64,000 nt of DNA from Nostoc sp. (GTDB taxonomy: Bacteria; Cyanobacteriota; Cyanobacteriia; Cyanobacteriales; Nostocaceae): positions 1-64,000 of the forward strand of contig JBALDB010000009.1 of assembly GCA_036918135.1 (NCBI GenBank), written 5' to 3'. Positions 27,561 through 37,605 of the stretch are shown here, one piece after another. Position numbers and translations under genes: made by a program. Position 1 is the first letter of the stretch. Each line of letters opens with the position of its first letter. The notes beneath the pieces are model-generated. The model ran no database searches and was not told the origin of the DNA. It saw only the letters and a program-made list of their open reading frames with translations.

Positions 27561-28148
27561 ATGTCCCAAGATTTTATGCAGACATCGTTATTCGACTTAC
27601 AGCCTTCAGATAACGACACCGAAACTGAAAATTATCCTAGTTGGCTTTACCCAAGTAATTGGAAAACCCCTAGATGGAAAACAGCCATCAAGCGCCAGCA
27701 GTTATCTTTACCGTTGCGGAACGCACTAAATTCAAGTTTCCTGCCTTCCAAAGGCTCGTGGTTGGATTTTGGCTGCGGTCACAATTTGGATATGCCTAGA
27801 TTGAGCGAACGCACTTCAGGACGCTATGAAGTTCATAGCTTTGACTCTTACTACTTACCTCAATTTCAAAAGTTAAATCGCTCGTATTCAATTGTTAGCT
27901 TGGTTTACGTTCTCAATGTAATTGAGGAGCCTGTAGAGCGCTGTAAGCTTTTGCAATTTAGTTGGGATTTATGTACTGAGGCAATGGTCGTAGCCGTGCG
28001 AGTAGATGGTTCTGGTCAAGACATAACTCGAATCGGAACTTTTCAAAAGTACTACGACCGCGATGAATTTTGGGATTTACTAATAGCTTATTGTCCTGGA
28101 GCTAAATTATTTGGCATTGGTGCAGGACACGCGATCGCCTGTAAGTAA
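27561..28148 (+). CDS. SAM-dependent methyltransferase
   Basis: KTAIKR, LDFGCG, YVLNVIE, GTFQKYY. Confidence 0.8.
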   Translation: MSQDFMQTSLFDLQPSDNDTETENYPSWLYPSNWKTPRWKTAIKRQQLSLPLRNALNSSFLPSKGSWLDFGCGHNLDMPRLSERTSGRYEVHSFDSYYLPQFQKLNRSYSIVSLVYVLNVIEEPVERCKLLQFSWDLCTEAMVVAVRVDGSGQDITRIGTFQKYYDRDEFWDLLIAYCPGAKLFGIGAGHAIACK

Positions 28149-28272
28149 TTTTCTACGTTCATACTTTCAACCTGACTTACCAAGTACATTTTTTGGACTT
28201 GGTAATTGAGGATGAATTTTATATTTGTTGCACAAATTCTTTTTACTTCTGCGGTATTTGTATTAAAGAAAG

Positions 28273-28327
28273 ATGTTGCAAATAATCAAAATAAGTGTTA
28301 TAATATAAATGTGGCAAAAAATCAAAA
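28273..28327 (+). promoter_or_regulatory. repeated promoter/operator module copy 3
   Basis: TTGCAA-17bp-TATAAT, tandem boxes 36 bp apart. Confidence 0.7.
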
Positions 28328-28350
28328 GTATTTAGGATTAGAGGTATAAG

Positions 28351-28764
28351 ATGGAATTACAACAAAGATATGATTGGACAAAAGAAAATAACTTGGAAGA
28401 TGTATATCTGGCAGACTTAGATCCAATGGATGATTGGAAGATAGAGGATGCAGAGGTGGCGATCCAAGAATACCCTAAGAATATTGCCCTTATTCAAGAT
28501 CAGATCCAAGAATTGAATATTGAAATTGTAGACCTACGCAATATCCTCAATAATATTGAAACAGAAGTTGATAAGGTAGTAGCTTTGGATATGAGCTTAC
28601 AAAATGACGAGGAGCGCAAAGTTAAAAGAGATAGTCTCATAAAGCAGCATCCATATTACTGGAATCCAATGCGTGAGTATGTTGAATACCAGGAAGAAGT
28701 AAACAGACTATCAAGCCTATTAGAAAAGATTGAAAGTGAGTTGTCTGCGATAACAGTTAAATAG
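28351..28764 (+). CDS. coiled-coil hypothetical protein
   Basis: YPKNIA...SLQNDEERKVKR...HPYYW. Confidence 0.75.
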   Translation: MELQQRYDWTKENNLEDVYLADLDPMDDWKIEDAEVAIQEYPKNIALIQDQIQELNIEIVDLRNILNNIETEVDKVVALDMSLQNDEERKVKRDSLIKQHPYYWNPMREYVEYQEEVNRLSSLLEKIESELSAITVK

Positions 28765-28859
28765 ATTTATTAGGGTGGGATTATCAATTAACCTCGCCCT
28801 AATTATTTATTGTAATAACTTTTTTAATCAATTTAATATCCAACCTAATTTCTAAGATT

Positions 28860-28900
28860 TTTGGCATCGGTGCGGGACACGCGATCGCCTATAAGTAATT
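28860..28900 (+). pseudogene. remnant of methyltransferase 3' end
   Basis: near-identical to 28110-28150 (3 mismatches). Confidence 0.7.
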
Positions 28901-29013
28901 AACTTTTTTAAATTCTAATTTCCCTGAATCGCCAAGCTCATGTCTGCAATGAGTTTGGCGATTTGGGTGGAATTTATTTCGCCCAAATTGCCCAATAGTA
29001 AAAGGTTATTACC

Positions 29014-29346
29014 TTGGCCCATTTAGAAATTGGTTCTGCACCAGCAGAAGAACAATGTCAGCAAGTTGGCACTGAGAATTATGCTTCAAATGCTAAAAAA
29101 GAATGCAGAATTTATCGGGAATATTTAGAGCGATTATTTCCGATTCCTCAGCACTTAAAAAAGAGCGTTTCCTTCTACACGAAAGCTTGCCCTCATGACC
29201 TTGGAACCTATTATGAAGTGGCAATCGAATTCGATAGCGAAGTCGAAGCAGCTCTTAAATTCGCTTACAAAGTTGAGAGAAATAGTCCTTCTGAGTGGGA
29301 TGAAATAGCCCGCAAAGAGTTGCATTCTTTGGGGCTACTGGCATGA
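29014..29346 (+). CDS. hypothetical protein (paralog of the 6351-6890 C-terminus)
   Basis: LEIGSAPAEEQC...ECRIYREYLERLFP. Confidence 0.7.
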   Translation: MAHLEIGSAPAEEQCQQVGTENYASNAKKECRIYREYLERLFPIPQHLKKSVSFYTKACPHDLGTYYEVAIEFDSEVEAALKFAYKVERNSPSEWDEIARKELHSLGLLA

Positions 29347-29540
29347 GTAAATTGATTTTCGGGATAATTATTTGTCTGCTAGCTAATACTTCTATTAGTT
29401 TCGCACAAGACGCACCACAATCACCTACTCAATGTCGGGGATGTAGTCGTCGGGAGCCTGTCCAATTATTTACTAATTCGGCAGGTGTTCAACTACTTAC
29501 TTACATTCAAGGTGAATCAGATGAGCAACCCCAACATTGA
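29343..29540 (+). CDS. small secreted protein
   Basis: signal-peptide-like N-terminus; ATGA overlap. Confidence 0.5.
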   Translation: MSKLIFGIIICLLANTSISFAQDAPQSPTQCRGCSRREPVQLFTNSAGVQLLTYIQGESDEQPQH

Positions 29541-29922
29541 AAAGTGTATGGAAGTTCTTGAACTCTCTAACGATGGCAAGCAACTTTCACCGCGCCACTT
29601 GAGCCTCGTTCAAGCAACCATTGACGGAAATTTATCCGAACTCGGTCAGCAGGAATTAGACAGAATTTATGACCTACTAAAAGCTGATAATTACTGTGAC
29701 TGGTTCTATGGCATCGAAAATCTGACTCAAAGCCATAGTGGACGCGTTTATTGGAAAGGTCAGCTTGTTGAGTGTTTCGGCTTTGATGATGACGATAGGG
29801 AAGAAGAAAAAGCATCAGCAGAGGAAGTGGCAGAACGTTGTAGATATCTAGAATCTATAAACGCCCCAATCTGCATGAAAAATGTTACCTGCGAACCGGA
29901 AAACATTCAGCCTACCCTTTAG
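29521..29922 (+). CDS. hypothetical protein
   Basis: ATG 29521 in ORF 29485-29922. Confidence 0.65.
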   Translation: MSNPNIEKCMEVLELSNDGKQLSPRHLSLVQATIDGNLSELGQQELDRIYDLLKADNYCDWFYGIENLTQSHSGRVYWKGQLVECFGFDDDDREEEKASAEEVAERCRYLESINAPICMKNVTCEPENIQPTL

Positions 29923-29963
29923 CCTGCAAGCTTTTTAGCTAGTTTCATAGATTCAAATCCACC

Positions 29964-29987
29964 CTGTCCGCGGAAGTCCGCGGACAG
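29964..29987. repeat. second palindrome family copy 2
   Basis: CTGTCCGCGGAAGTCCGCGGACAG. Confidence 0.55.
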
Positions 29988-30010
29988 TTTTCACCTACCC
30001 ATTTTTAACG

Positions 30011-30763
30011 ATGACTGAAGCTCAACCTTTGTTTGACATTGAAGCGCTGGCCGTTCAAAACCGTCGCAAGCAAGCCGAAAAGAAGCTGACCCCAGCGACA
30101 CAGAAAATGTTGCTTTTGATGACTGAAATGGAGCTATCAAAAGAAGTCACAGCCGCTCTACTAGAATTAGCAGATTTAGAACTCGGACACATCCGCTATA
30201 TCGCGGGGCCCGTCATCGTCCACCGCAGCGCTTGGATGGACTGCATACCCCCTTGGATATTCAAAGCGATCGCCATCGATCGCCTCAAACTAGTATTTGA
30301 AGAACACCGAAAAGGCGTTGTCGGTAGTTTAGCAACTCCAGCCGAGGTAGTGGCGGTAATGATGCCCGCCAGCTATGAAGCACCTATGGCAAGCCGCTGG
30401 ACTGATGTTTATTTATGGGCGTGCAACGAAGCAATAGTAGCCCATAATCGGCTGCGTGATGGAGTCAAAGACACTTGGGAAATAATTGGCGGTCGTCCGA
30501 TTCATTACAACAATATCAAAGATGATTACGAGCATTTGGCACGAGATATCCGCACCAGAGTTGTCGAACAAGCAAAAGAAAGAGGCTGGGCTAAGCGCAC
30601 TAAATCTTTAGAACAAAAACAGGGCAAGCGTTCTACCAAAACTTCAGAAGGACAACTCAATCTTTTGGAATCTCCAATAGTAGAAGTTAACGAAGATGAA
30701 GCTGAAACACCACCGCCCTCTGGTGGAGTAATGCAAACTAATTTATTTGATTTGTTGAGTTAG
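30011..30763 (+). CDS. hypothetical protein
   Basis: 250 aa ORF. Confidence 0.75.
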   Translation: MTEAQPLFDIEALAVQNRRKQAEKKLTPATQKMLLLMTEMELSKEVTAALLELADLELGHIRYIAGPVIVHRSAWMDCIPPWIFKAIAIDRLKLVFEEHRKGVVGSLATPAEVVAVMMPASYEAPMASRWTDVYLWACNEAIVAHNRLRDGVKDTWEIIGGRPIHYNNIKDDYEHLARDIRTRVVEQAKERGWAKRTKSLEQKQGKRSTKTSEGQLNLLESPIVEVNEDEAETPPPSGGVMQTNLFDLLS

Positions 30764-30773
30764 TTCCATAGCT

Positions 30774-31697
30774 ATGAAAATAACCAGAATACTTATCCAG
30801 GAAATTGAAAAAGACACTGTTTCATTTCAATTTCGCTCTGTCGATTTTGATGAAGAACGAGTGAGATGGCTAGTTGCTAACTGGAAACCTGAAGCCTTAG
30901 ATCCTTTGGATATTTGGCTAACGCCAGAAGGAAGAAAATTTCTAATTGCTGGGCATCACCGATTAGAATCGATGATTCGTCGGGGGGACACTTCTGCGCC
31001 TTGCCGCGTCCACCAAATCAGCTTGCAAGAAGCGCAAATGATGGCGTTGATGTCGAATGCCAATAGGTTGCAGTACACCTCATTTGAGTATGCCCGCTGT
31101 GTAGATTTTCTAATTCAAAAATGCGGCAAAAACTATCTGCAAGCGGCTGAGACTTTGGCAATTAGTGAAGGGATGGCACGGAAGTATCATTCTTTAGTTC
31201 TGCTTTTAGGAACAGATTGGGAGGTGCAAACTGATAAATTAGATTTACTCTCGCGTGCTTTTGAAGTGGCAAATTTTGCTGAAAGTAATCCACTCACTCA
31301 AACGGAGATTCAATCATTATTCAAAATTACTGCCGAGCATGACTTGACAGCTAATCAAATCAGACAGCTGCTGCGGGACATCCGCCGCCAAAAAGATACT
31401 GATGCCAAAACCCAAGGAACTTTATTTGACCTTGCAACATTTGGCGATCGCACCGCTAAAGCTTTGAAGGAGCGAACTTTTCTAGATAATTGTGCAGCGC
31501 AAACTTGGTGGCTTTACGAGTTAGCTTCATCTGAACGGCACCACATTTTTCCAGATGAGATTAGAGAGCCGTTAATCAAAGATTTGCGGCGATTTTATGC
31601 CTATTGCATAGGTTCGAGCGAGTTAGAAGTAGTGCCAGTTCGAGCCACTAAAAAAGGCAGAGCAATCCCAGTTTCTTACGAGGATAAAAATGACTGA
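30774..31697 (+). CDS. ParB/Srx domain protein
   Basis: FQFR, LIAGHHR, downstream HTH-like segment. Confidence 0.75.
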   Translation: MKITRILIQEIEKDTVSFQFRSVDFDEERVRWLVANWKPEALDPLDIWLTPEGRKFLIAGHHRLESMIRRGDTSAPCRVHQISLQEAQMMALMSNANRLQYTSFEYARCVDFLIQKCGKNYLQAAETLAISEGMARKYHSLVLLLGTDWEVQTDKLDLLSRAFEVANFAESNPLTQTEIQSLFKITAEHDLTANQIRQLLRDIRRQKDTDAKTQGTLFDLATFGDRTAKALKERTFLDNCAAQTWWLYELASSERHHIFPDEIREPLIKDLRRFYAYCIGSSELEVVPVRATKKGRAIPVSYEDKND

Positions 31698-32361
31698 ACG
31701 TAAATGGCATCCCCGCACTCGTCCCCAGGATGTGCGGGTCGGAAAACATTTTATGCTGAGTGACTTTCTCTATTCTCAAACCGCTGTCACTAGAGGTATT
31801 GCCAATTGTCCGAGTAGTTGGACTGGTGTAGAAGTTCGGGGATTAAAGGGGCTTTGCAAACATATACTCGACCCCGTAGTCGAAAATTTCGGCCCAGTTA
31901 GCGTCACGTTCGGATTTTGCTCGTTACAGCTTTGGAAACATTGGTATCCAAGTGTTGAAAATCCATTGGCACTCCACCTATTCCGCCCTCCCCAAGGGGG
32001 CATCGGTGGGGCTGCTGATATTCTTGTTCATTCACATGCAAATCCTCGTCCGGTGTTTAATTGGGTTCGCCAAAACTGCACCTACGACCGATTAATTATG
32101 TATCCTGGCAGTTCAATTATCTGCTGTGCTTGGTGCGAACTCAATCCCCGGTTCCACGCCAAAGAATGGATCTTTCCTAGCGAGTCTGGAAGCGCTCAAT
32201 ATGTAGATGCCGGCTGGGATGGGCCGCCGTCTCCCAAAAAAGGTTCAGGACCGGATTACGAACAAGGGAAGCTATTTTGGGTTCCCTCAATGTTGCGTGA
32301 CTGTTCTTCAATGCTAGACTACGACGCCAATTTGATATCTTTCCTCTTACAAAATAAATAA
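31690..32361 (+). CDS. peptidase M15-like protein
   Basis: GKHFMLSDFLYSQTA, ILDPVVENFG, GAADI. Confidence 0.6.
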   Translation: MTERKWHPRTRPQDVRVGKHFMLSDFLYSQTAVTRGIANCPSSWTGVEVRGLKGLCKHILDPVVENFGPVSVTFGFCSLQLWKHWYPSVENPLALHLFRPPQGGIGGAADILVHSHANPRPVFNWVRQNCTYDRLIMYPGSSIICCAWCELNPRFHAKEWIFPSESGSAQYVDAGWDGPPSPKKGSGPDYEQGKLFWVPSMLRDCSSMLDYDANLISFLLQNK

Positions 32362-32363
32362 TT

Positions 32364-32936
32364 ATGACCTCCAAAATTCGTGCTTTACAATGCGCCAATC
32401 CCAGGGTTGGCTTCACTTGTGCTGTTGATGTTCCAGAATCAAACAAAGTTGCAGGTTTCCTGACTCATATCAAAACCTCACATTGTGACGTGTGGCAAAC
32501 TCATCACCTAGAAGAGTTTAAATCCATGACCCAAGCCGCCCGCTATTTAGTTGAGGAATATAGGAGAATGCGCTCCGATTCTCGTGTCCAACAACTAATT
32601 AAGTTGGAGTCGATTTTATGGTTCTACGGAGTCTGCAAGAATCAACGGTTTAATGTTAACAATTTGTCGGAGTTGCAGTTGATTTTAGCAACCACAATCT
32701 TAGACCAACGCAAGTATCTTCTTCATCCTGACATCCGCCACAGTTATTGGTTGCCAGCAAATAGCAAAAGCTATCAAATGCGGCTTTGGGATGTCGCTAA
32801 CCCTTGGGTGAAACCTCTTTATTGGAGGTTTACGGCATCGGATGAAGTTAGCGCAAACCGCAATGAAAAAGCCATTGCCAGCAGGTTTATCGATACTTAT
32901 AAAGCCGCTGTTTATTACCTTTACTACCAAATTTAG
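32364..32936 (+). CDS. hypothetical protein
   Basis: operonic 190 aa. Confidence 0.65.
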   Translation: MTSKIRALQCANPRVGFTCAVDVPESNKVAGFLTHIKTSHCDVWQTHHLEEFKSMTQAARYLVEEYRRMRSDSRVQQLIKLESILWFYGVCKNQRFNVNNLSELQLILATTILDQRKYLLHPDIRHSYWLPANSKSYQMRLWDVANPWVKPLYWRFTASDEVSANRNEKAIASRFIDTYKAAVYYLYYQI

Positions 32937-32941
32937 TTGGT

Positions 32942-33724
32942 ATGAAAATGGCACGAAAACCTAGTAAAAAACAGAGGCACTGGGTTGAGGAATTTTGCAA
33001 GCAGCGACCCAAAAGCCGAATCATCAATATCAAGGATGCGACTTGCGGCTATTTCTACTACACGATCGCCTGGGATGAAGACCTGCCTGTATACGCACCT
33101 TCAAATGAGGAGGACGAGGAGTTGGATCTAGGCATGGGTTGGATAACGCACCAGCTATATGTCGAATTGACTCCAGCAGGGATTGACCGCTTGCGGCAAC
33201 AGACAATTATGGATATTGTTTATCCCCACTGCCAACTCAATTGGCGGCGGTCGATGGTAACTGCCCAAACGGTATTGCCCATTCCTCAAGTATTGGAACT
33301 TCCGCCCGAACCAGTAAAGCGGACTACCTCCAAGCGACGGAAAAAGTCTAATTTGAACCTCACTCAACACCAATTGCCTATAGACCCTCTAGGGGAGGAA
33401 ATTTTAGATATTAGACTGCGCCGAGGGGGCGAAGTCCAATCTCGGCAAGATTTACTCTCCCAAAAAGTACCTCATTACTCTTTGGAGATGGGAACTGTAA
33501 TTCATCTCAATCAAGCTTTGATTGATTTACTCAAAGAAGTAAATGCAACTTCCAAAGAATGGGAATCTGCTGAAATGCTTTTGGGGGTAATTGGTGAAGC
33601 GGGCGTATTGCACTATATCAAACAGATTCCAGCTTGGCGCAAATATCACCGCATAGAAGTCGCGTTAACTGTTCCAGTTGTTACGAAGCCCCAACAACCA
33701 CAAATTCAAACTCAATCAATTTAA
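32942..33724 (+). CDS. hypothetical protein
   Basis: operonic 260 aa. Confidence 0.7.
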   Translation: MKMARKPSKKQRHWVEEFCKQRPKSRIINIKDATCGYFYYTIAWDEDLPVYAPSNEEDEELDLGMGWITHQLYVELTPAGIDRLRQQTIMDIVYPHCQLNWRRSMVTAQTVLPIPQVLELPPEPVKRTTSKRRKKSNLNLTQHQLPIDPLGEEILDIRLRRGGEVQSRQDLLSQKVPHYSLEMGTVIHLNQALIDLLKEVNATSKEWESAEMLLGVIGEAGVLHYIKQIPAWRKYHRIEVALTVPVVTKPQQPQIQTQSI

Positions 33725-33736
33725 CAAAGGAATACG

Positions 33737-34291
33737 ATGGAAAGATTAAACCAGTTTAATGCTATGCAAATAGCAGAATTTCTTGGCGGCCGTTTGTGCG
33801 AACAAAACAACGATTTCATCAGAATTTACGAGCAGGATTGGGGCGGTATTACCATTTATGAAAATGGTGGTGAGGTAAATGTTAGCTTTGAATATCTGCG
33901 GGGATTAGATATCGCTTTACCAGAAGGTATTCGGGCAACTGAATTTACTTTTGCATTTAGTATTCCCTATACTGGCTGCGATGAAGCAGAGTTTGCAGCA
34001 CGGCTACTTTTTTACTTAAGAAAAGCACCCCAAGGAGTTGACTTAATAGATTATTTCAAGAATCAAGAGGAGGAAAAGACATCTACATCTGTATCCGTCA
34101 CTCCAGTGGAAATTCTGGGAGTGCAGAAATTCAAATGTGATTGTACAAAATGGTTGGGTCAAAATTCCGTTTGGCGTATCTTTCTTAATGACAATTTTCA
34201 ATTTGAAGTTTGGCATCAAAGCAAGACTTTATGCGGTACTTATAAAACCTTTGAAAGTGCTTTGAAAAAAGTGGGAATTACTCAAGCTTAG
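33737..34291 (+). CDS. hypothetical protein
   Basis: operonic, AAGGA RBS. Confidence 0.7.
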   Translation: MERLNQFNAMQIAEFLGGRLCEQNNDFIRIYEQDWGGITIYENGGEVNVSFEYLRGLDIALPEGIRATEFTFAFSIPYTGCDEAEFAARLLFYLRKAPQGVDLIDYFKNQEEEKTSTSVSVTPVEILGVQKFKCDCTKWLGQNSVWRIFLNDNFQFEVWHQSKTLCGTYKTFESALKKVGITQA

Positions 34292-34321
34292 ACGCATTTG
34301 CACAAAATCGATTAGCGAGTT

Positions 34322-34347
34322 AGAAGCAGGAAAATTTTCCTGCTTCT
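34322..34347. repeat. palindrome CAGGAAAATTTTCCTG copy 6
   Basis: AGAAGCAGGAAAATTTTCCTGCTTCT between convergent genes. Confidence 0.85.
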
Positions 34348-34352
34348 TTGGG

Positions 34353-35252
34353 CTATGCTGCAAACTTCGCCAAATCATCCCCAGCAATCACCGTACTGTA
34401 AAAAAGGTAATGGCTGTTAGCCAAGTAGCGGCGATCGCCTTTGACCGTAGACATAAATTCTCGATGGCCAGTGCGCGATCGTCCAACCAAACAACCAGCC
34501 GAAGCATTGTTGATGTTATTGGCTGGGTAATCGTAGCCCCAATGTTGGTTGACGCCAAAAATTCCTGTATCAAGCTTATCGCCAGTACGCTTGAAGTCTT
34601 TATTGAAGTCTCGACAAACAGTAACTGAGCCTACTTGCACTAGCGCTTCATGGGGTTCGGCATTTCCGTGGATTCCGACTGCCCAAGCTCTGTACTGCCC
34701 AAAGGCAATTCTAGCAGCACCGTCGGGGTTCATTGGATGGTAGGTGTAATAACTTCCCGGTTCCGAGGTTGCCTGCCACTGCCCAATGATTCTAGGAACG
34801 TCATCTATGACCTCGATAACCAAGCGCAAATCGTTGAATTCATTGGGGGTATCGTTGTTAAGAGTACCATCAGCATTCAAGCCCTCAATGTAAACTATGT
34901 TGTACTCGCTGCGGTTAGTAAAAATCCGATAATTCTTACTAAGCATATATTTAACAATCTGGCTTGCTAAATCTGTTCCTAGTTGCAACTGTGGTTGGAA
35001 TTCTTCGGGCTTGGCTTCTAACAATTTTTGAGCAGTGACGGAGGAAATAAAATCAATTTCTCCTAAATTAGTTTTCCTTTGAAACTCTTGCAATGCCGTT
35101 GTAGAAAGCGGGCCAAATCTGCCATCGGCAGGAGGATCTAACAATCTAAGATTAATTAGCTGTGTTTGAATTTGAAGTGCTAAGTCTCGGTCTTGGGCGA
35201 TCGCTTCAAAACCAACCTTGATTTCAGTATTCTGAAAGTCTTGAAGTTTCAT
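34353..35252 (-). CDS. peptidoglycan-binding protein, probable endolysin
   Basis: DGRFGPLSTTALQEFQ PG-binding motif; NQHWG...SAGCLV YkuD-like catalytic motif. Confidence 0.75.
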   Translation of the reverse strand: MKLQDFQNTEIKVGFEAIAQDRDLALQIQTQLINLRLLDPPADGRFGPLSTTALQEFQRKTNLGEIDFISSVTAQKLLEAKPEEFQPQLQLGTDLASQIVKYMLSKNYRIFTNRSEYNIVYIEGLNADGTLNNDTPNEFNDLRLVIEVIDDVPRIIGQWQATSEPGSYYTYHPMNPDGAARIAFGQYRAWAVGIHGNAEPHEALVQVGSVTVCRDFNKDFKRTGDKLDTGIFGVNQHWGYDYPANNINNASAGCLVGRSRTGHREFMSTVKGDRRYLANSHYLFYSTVIAGDDLAKFAA

Positions 35253-35279
35253 TTTGAATATTGAAAAACGGAAAGTGAC

Positions 35280-35471
35280 ATGAGTAAAGAAAAAATACGA
35301 GCTTGTTGCAACTGCACCTACTGGACTGGTGGCGATGGAAAACAAAAGTTATTATGTGCCGTCGCACCTATTCCCCAACCTATCTCATTAGCAGTGCTGG
35401 AATTTAAAGATGGCAGAATAGCTTACACAGAAAACTTGTGCAAAGAATTCCTAATAAAAGGTACTACTTAA
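35280..35471 (+). CDS. small Cys-rich protein
   Basis: CCNCTYW...LLCAVAP...CKEF. Confidence 0.5.
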   Translation: MSKEKIRACCNCTYWTGGDGKQKLLCAVAPIPQPISLAVLEFKDGRIAYTENLCKEFLIKGTT

Positions 35472-36192
35472 TCGCGACAATGCCAGCAAAGTTAAACCAT
35501 TTGAAGAAGACCCCAATCTTGGTAAACCCAGCTTCGGTAAGCATGGCAATATTGCTTTCTAAAGTCAGAGGAATCATGGTTCCACGCAAGGATTTAGCTT
35601 TGGAGTAAATTTCGTCAACGCTTAGTCCCATTCCTTCTTTACGCTGCCAATGCAACTGATTAAAAATCTCGCCCATTGTGCTATCAGTATCGGCAACTTT
35701 TTCGACTAGTAAAAATCCACCGCTGGGATTAAGACTGTGATAAATTTCTTGGCAAATATTTAGACGATGTTTGGGATGGATAAACTGCAAAGTATAAAGA
35801 CTGCAAATCAAGTCTACTTCTTGAGGAAAATCATAGACTTCTATATCAGTTTTGATTAACTCTATTCCCTGAAACCCATTGAGAGACTTATTAGCTTCTT
35901 CCAGCATTGGGGATGAGTTATCAATCCCTACAATAGATATTTTTTTACCTACATGCCGCCGATAGATATCGCCAATTGTGCTTCCTGTAGCGCATCCTAA
36001 ATCTAAAATAAGCGAGTTTTTTCTTACAAACCAATCAGATATTTCAGCGACAGCAACTTGGGTATCTAAATAATAAGGAACTGATTTAATAACATGAGAG
36101 TTAAATTTTGGGGCTACTTGGGCGTTAAATTCCCAACTGCCTGGAGCAGCGAAAACACCATCATCGACTTTTAAAGTTGTTAGGTTTGACAT
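35464..36192 (-). CDS. CmoA-like (carboxy-SAM synthase family) SAM-dependent protein
   Basis: WEFNAQVAPKF..SVPYY, DLGCATG, GIDNSSPM, YTLQFI, LVEK, WFNF. Confidence 0.8.
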   Translation of the reverse strand: MSNLTTLKVDDGVFAAPGSWEFNAQVAPKFNSHVIKSVPYYLDTQVAVAEISDWFVRKNSLILDLGCATGSTIGDIYRRHVGKKISIVGIDNSSPMLEEANKSLNGFQGIELIKTDIEVYDFPQEVDLICSLYTLQFIHPKHRLNICQEIYHSLNPSGGFLLVEKVADTDSTMGEIFNQLHWQRKEGMGLSVDEIYSKAKSLRGTMIPLTLESNIAMLTEAGFTKIGVFFKWFNFAGIVAIK

Positions 36193-36219
36193 ATTTTTTG
36201 AGATTTCTTGAACTTAAAT

Positions 36220-36918
36220 TTATACTGCTGTTTGTTCTTTTTCTTGCTGTTCTTCGTTTTCCTCCTCAGCATTCGTCTGAATATTTAACATTTCGGCGAT
36301 TACAGTCCCCAGTGCCGCTGGGCTATTTCCGTTGGGACTTAATAGGCTTAGCTTTTCTACCCAGGCTTCATAGGTAGAGACAGGTACGTGTTTGGAAAAC
36401 ATTCCAAACTGGACTTTGACTGTACTTTCCAGTTCTTCTTCTACTTCCTCATCGCTGCGGTTGCGTATTTCTTCAACTACAGAGTTATCACCAAAAGCAA
36501 GATTTTCAGCTTCGGTAATAGCGTTAGCAACAATTGCCTCAGTCTCTTGGCTGGTAAATCCTGTACCCACCAAGTCTTCGCCATCAAAAGTTGATAAAAT
36601 CTCGGCTAATTTATCGTAATCCCAATCTCCCTTGATTTTATTAAGAGAAAGATTGAGAGCCATTTCTTGGTCGTAGGGTAAATCTACAAGTACTGCCGTT
36701 AAGTTTTTAAATCCAGCGTTTCGAGCAGCTTGAATTCTTTGATGTCCCCCGACTACTTGATTGTTTCTGGTATTAACAATTAGCGGTTCTACCAAGCCAA
36801 ATTCTTTTAACGATTCCTCTAGCGCTCCCATCTGCGACTCTGGCATCCAGCGCGGATTTTTAGGATTCACCATTTCCTCAAGCTTGGCAATTGAGAAATC
36901 TTTATACTGTAAAGCCAT
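36220..36918 (-). CDS. ParB-N domain protein
   Basis: KNPR, FGLVEP, GGHQR, LNKIKGDWD. Confidence 0.85.
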   Translation of the reverse strand: MALQYKDFSIAKLEEMVNPKNPRWMPESQMGALEESLKEFGLVEPLIVNTRNNQVVGGHQRIQAARNAGFKNLTAVLVDLPYDQEMALNLSLNKIKGDWDYDKLAEILSTFDGEDLVGTGFTSQETEAIVANAITEAENLAFGDNSVVEEIRNRSDEEVEEELESTVKVQFGMFSKHVPVSTYEAWVEKLSLLSPNGNSPAALGTVIAEMLNIQTNAEEENEEQQEKEQTAV

Positions 36919-36921
36919 GTT

Positions 36922-37560
36922 TTACCCTAAACCAATTAATTTAAAAAACCTTGCTCCAGCAGCGATATCATCTACTCCAACTTCTGCATACAACCTTTGG
37001 ATGAGTGTTTCATATCCTTGTTTGGAGCAAGTGAAAAACACTTTTGCACTGCGAAACGCTACAAATTCAGATGTTCGTCTTGTACTAAAGCGTTCGGCAA
37101 AAGATTCAAAACTTTCTTCAAATGGTTCTTCGTAGTCCGACATGATTTCTACTAAATCGGATTCGCTAAAACCAGAAAAAGCTATCGCCTCGGAAGTAGA
37201 TAATTCTGCCAAAACTTCTTCTAAGATTTGATAATCCCACTTTCCGTTGATGCGATTGAGGGCTAATCCTAATCTAGTTTCAGCTTTTGGATCTAAATCA
37301 ACTACGTTGACTTCAATCTCCGTCAAGCCTTCTGCTTGTGCTGCTCTAATCCGTTGATGTCCGCCTACTATGTTGCCAGTTTGCTTGTTAAAAATAGGAG
37401 GCAATAACAAGCCAAACTGTTTAATACCGCTTCGTAAATCATTTAATTGTTTTGCGGTAATTGTTCTTGGGTTGTTTTTTGTAAGAGCGTTTGCGGCTCT
37501 TTCAATTGCCCAGGTTTCAACCACCATAGTATTCGGCAATAAAGAGTTTTTTTTCATCAA
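36922..37560 (-). CDS. ParB-N domain protein
   Basis: NNPR, GGHQR, LNRINGKWD. Confidence 0.85.
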   Translation of the reverse strand: MMKKNSLLPNTMVVETWAIERAANALTKNNPRTITAKQLNDLRSGIKQFGLLLPPIFNKQTGNIVGGHQRIRAAQAEGLTEIEVNVVDLDPKAETRLGLALNRINGKWDYQILEEVLAELSTSEAIAFSGFSESDLVEIMSDYEEPFEESFESFAERFSTRRTSEFVAFRSAKVFFTCSKQGYETLIQRLYAEVGVDDIAAGARFFKLIGLG

Positions 37561-37605
37561 AGATAATGTTTAAAATAATAGGAGAATTAATGTTTAAATG
37601 CTTGC

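Noticed and set aside
27561..28148. DNA phosphorothioation system
   Set aside because: The methyltransferase resembles dnd-associated ones, but no dnd/ssp genes are in the window
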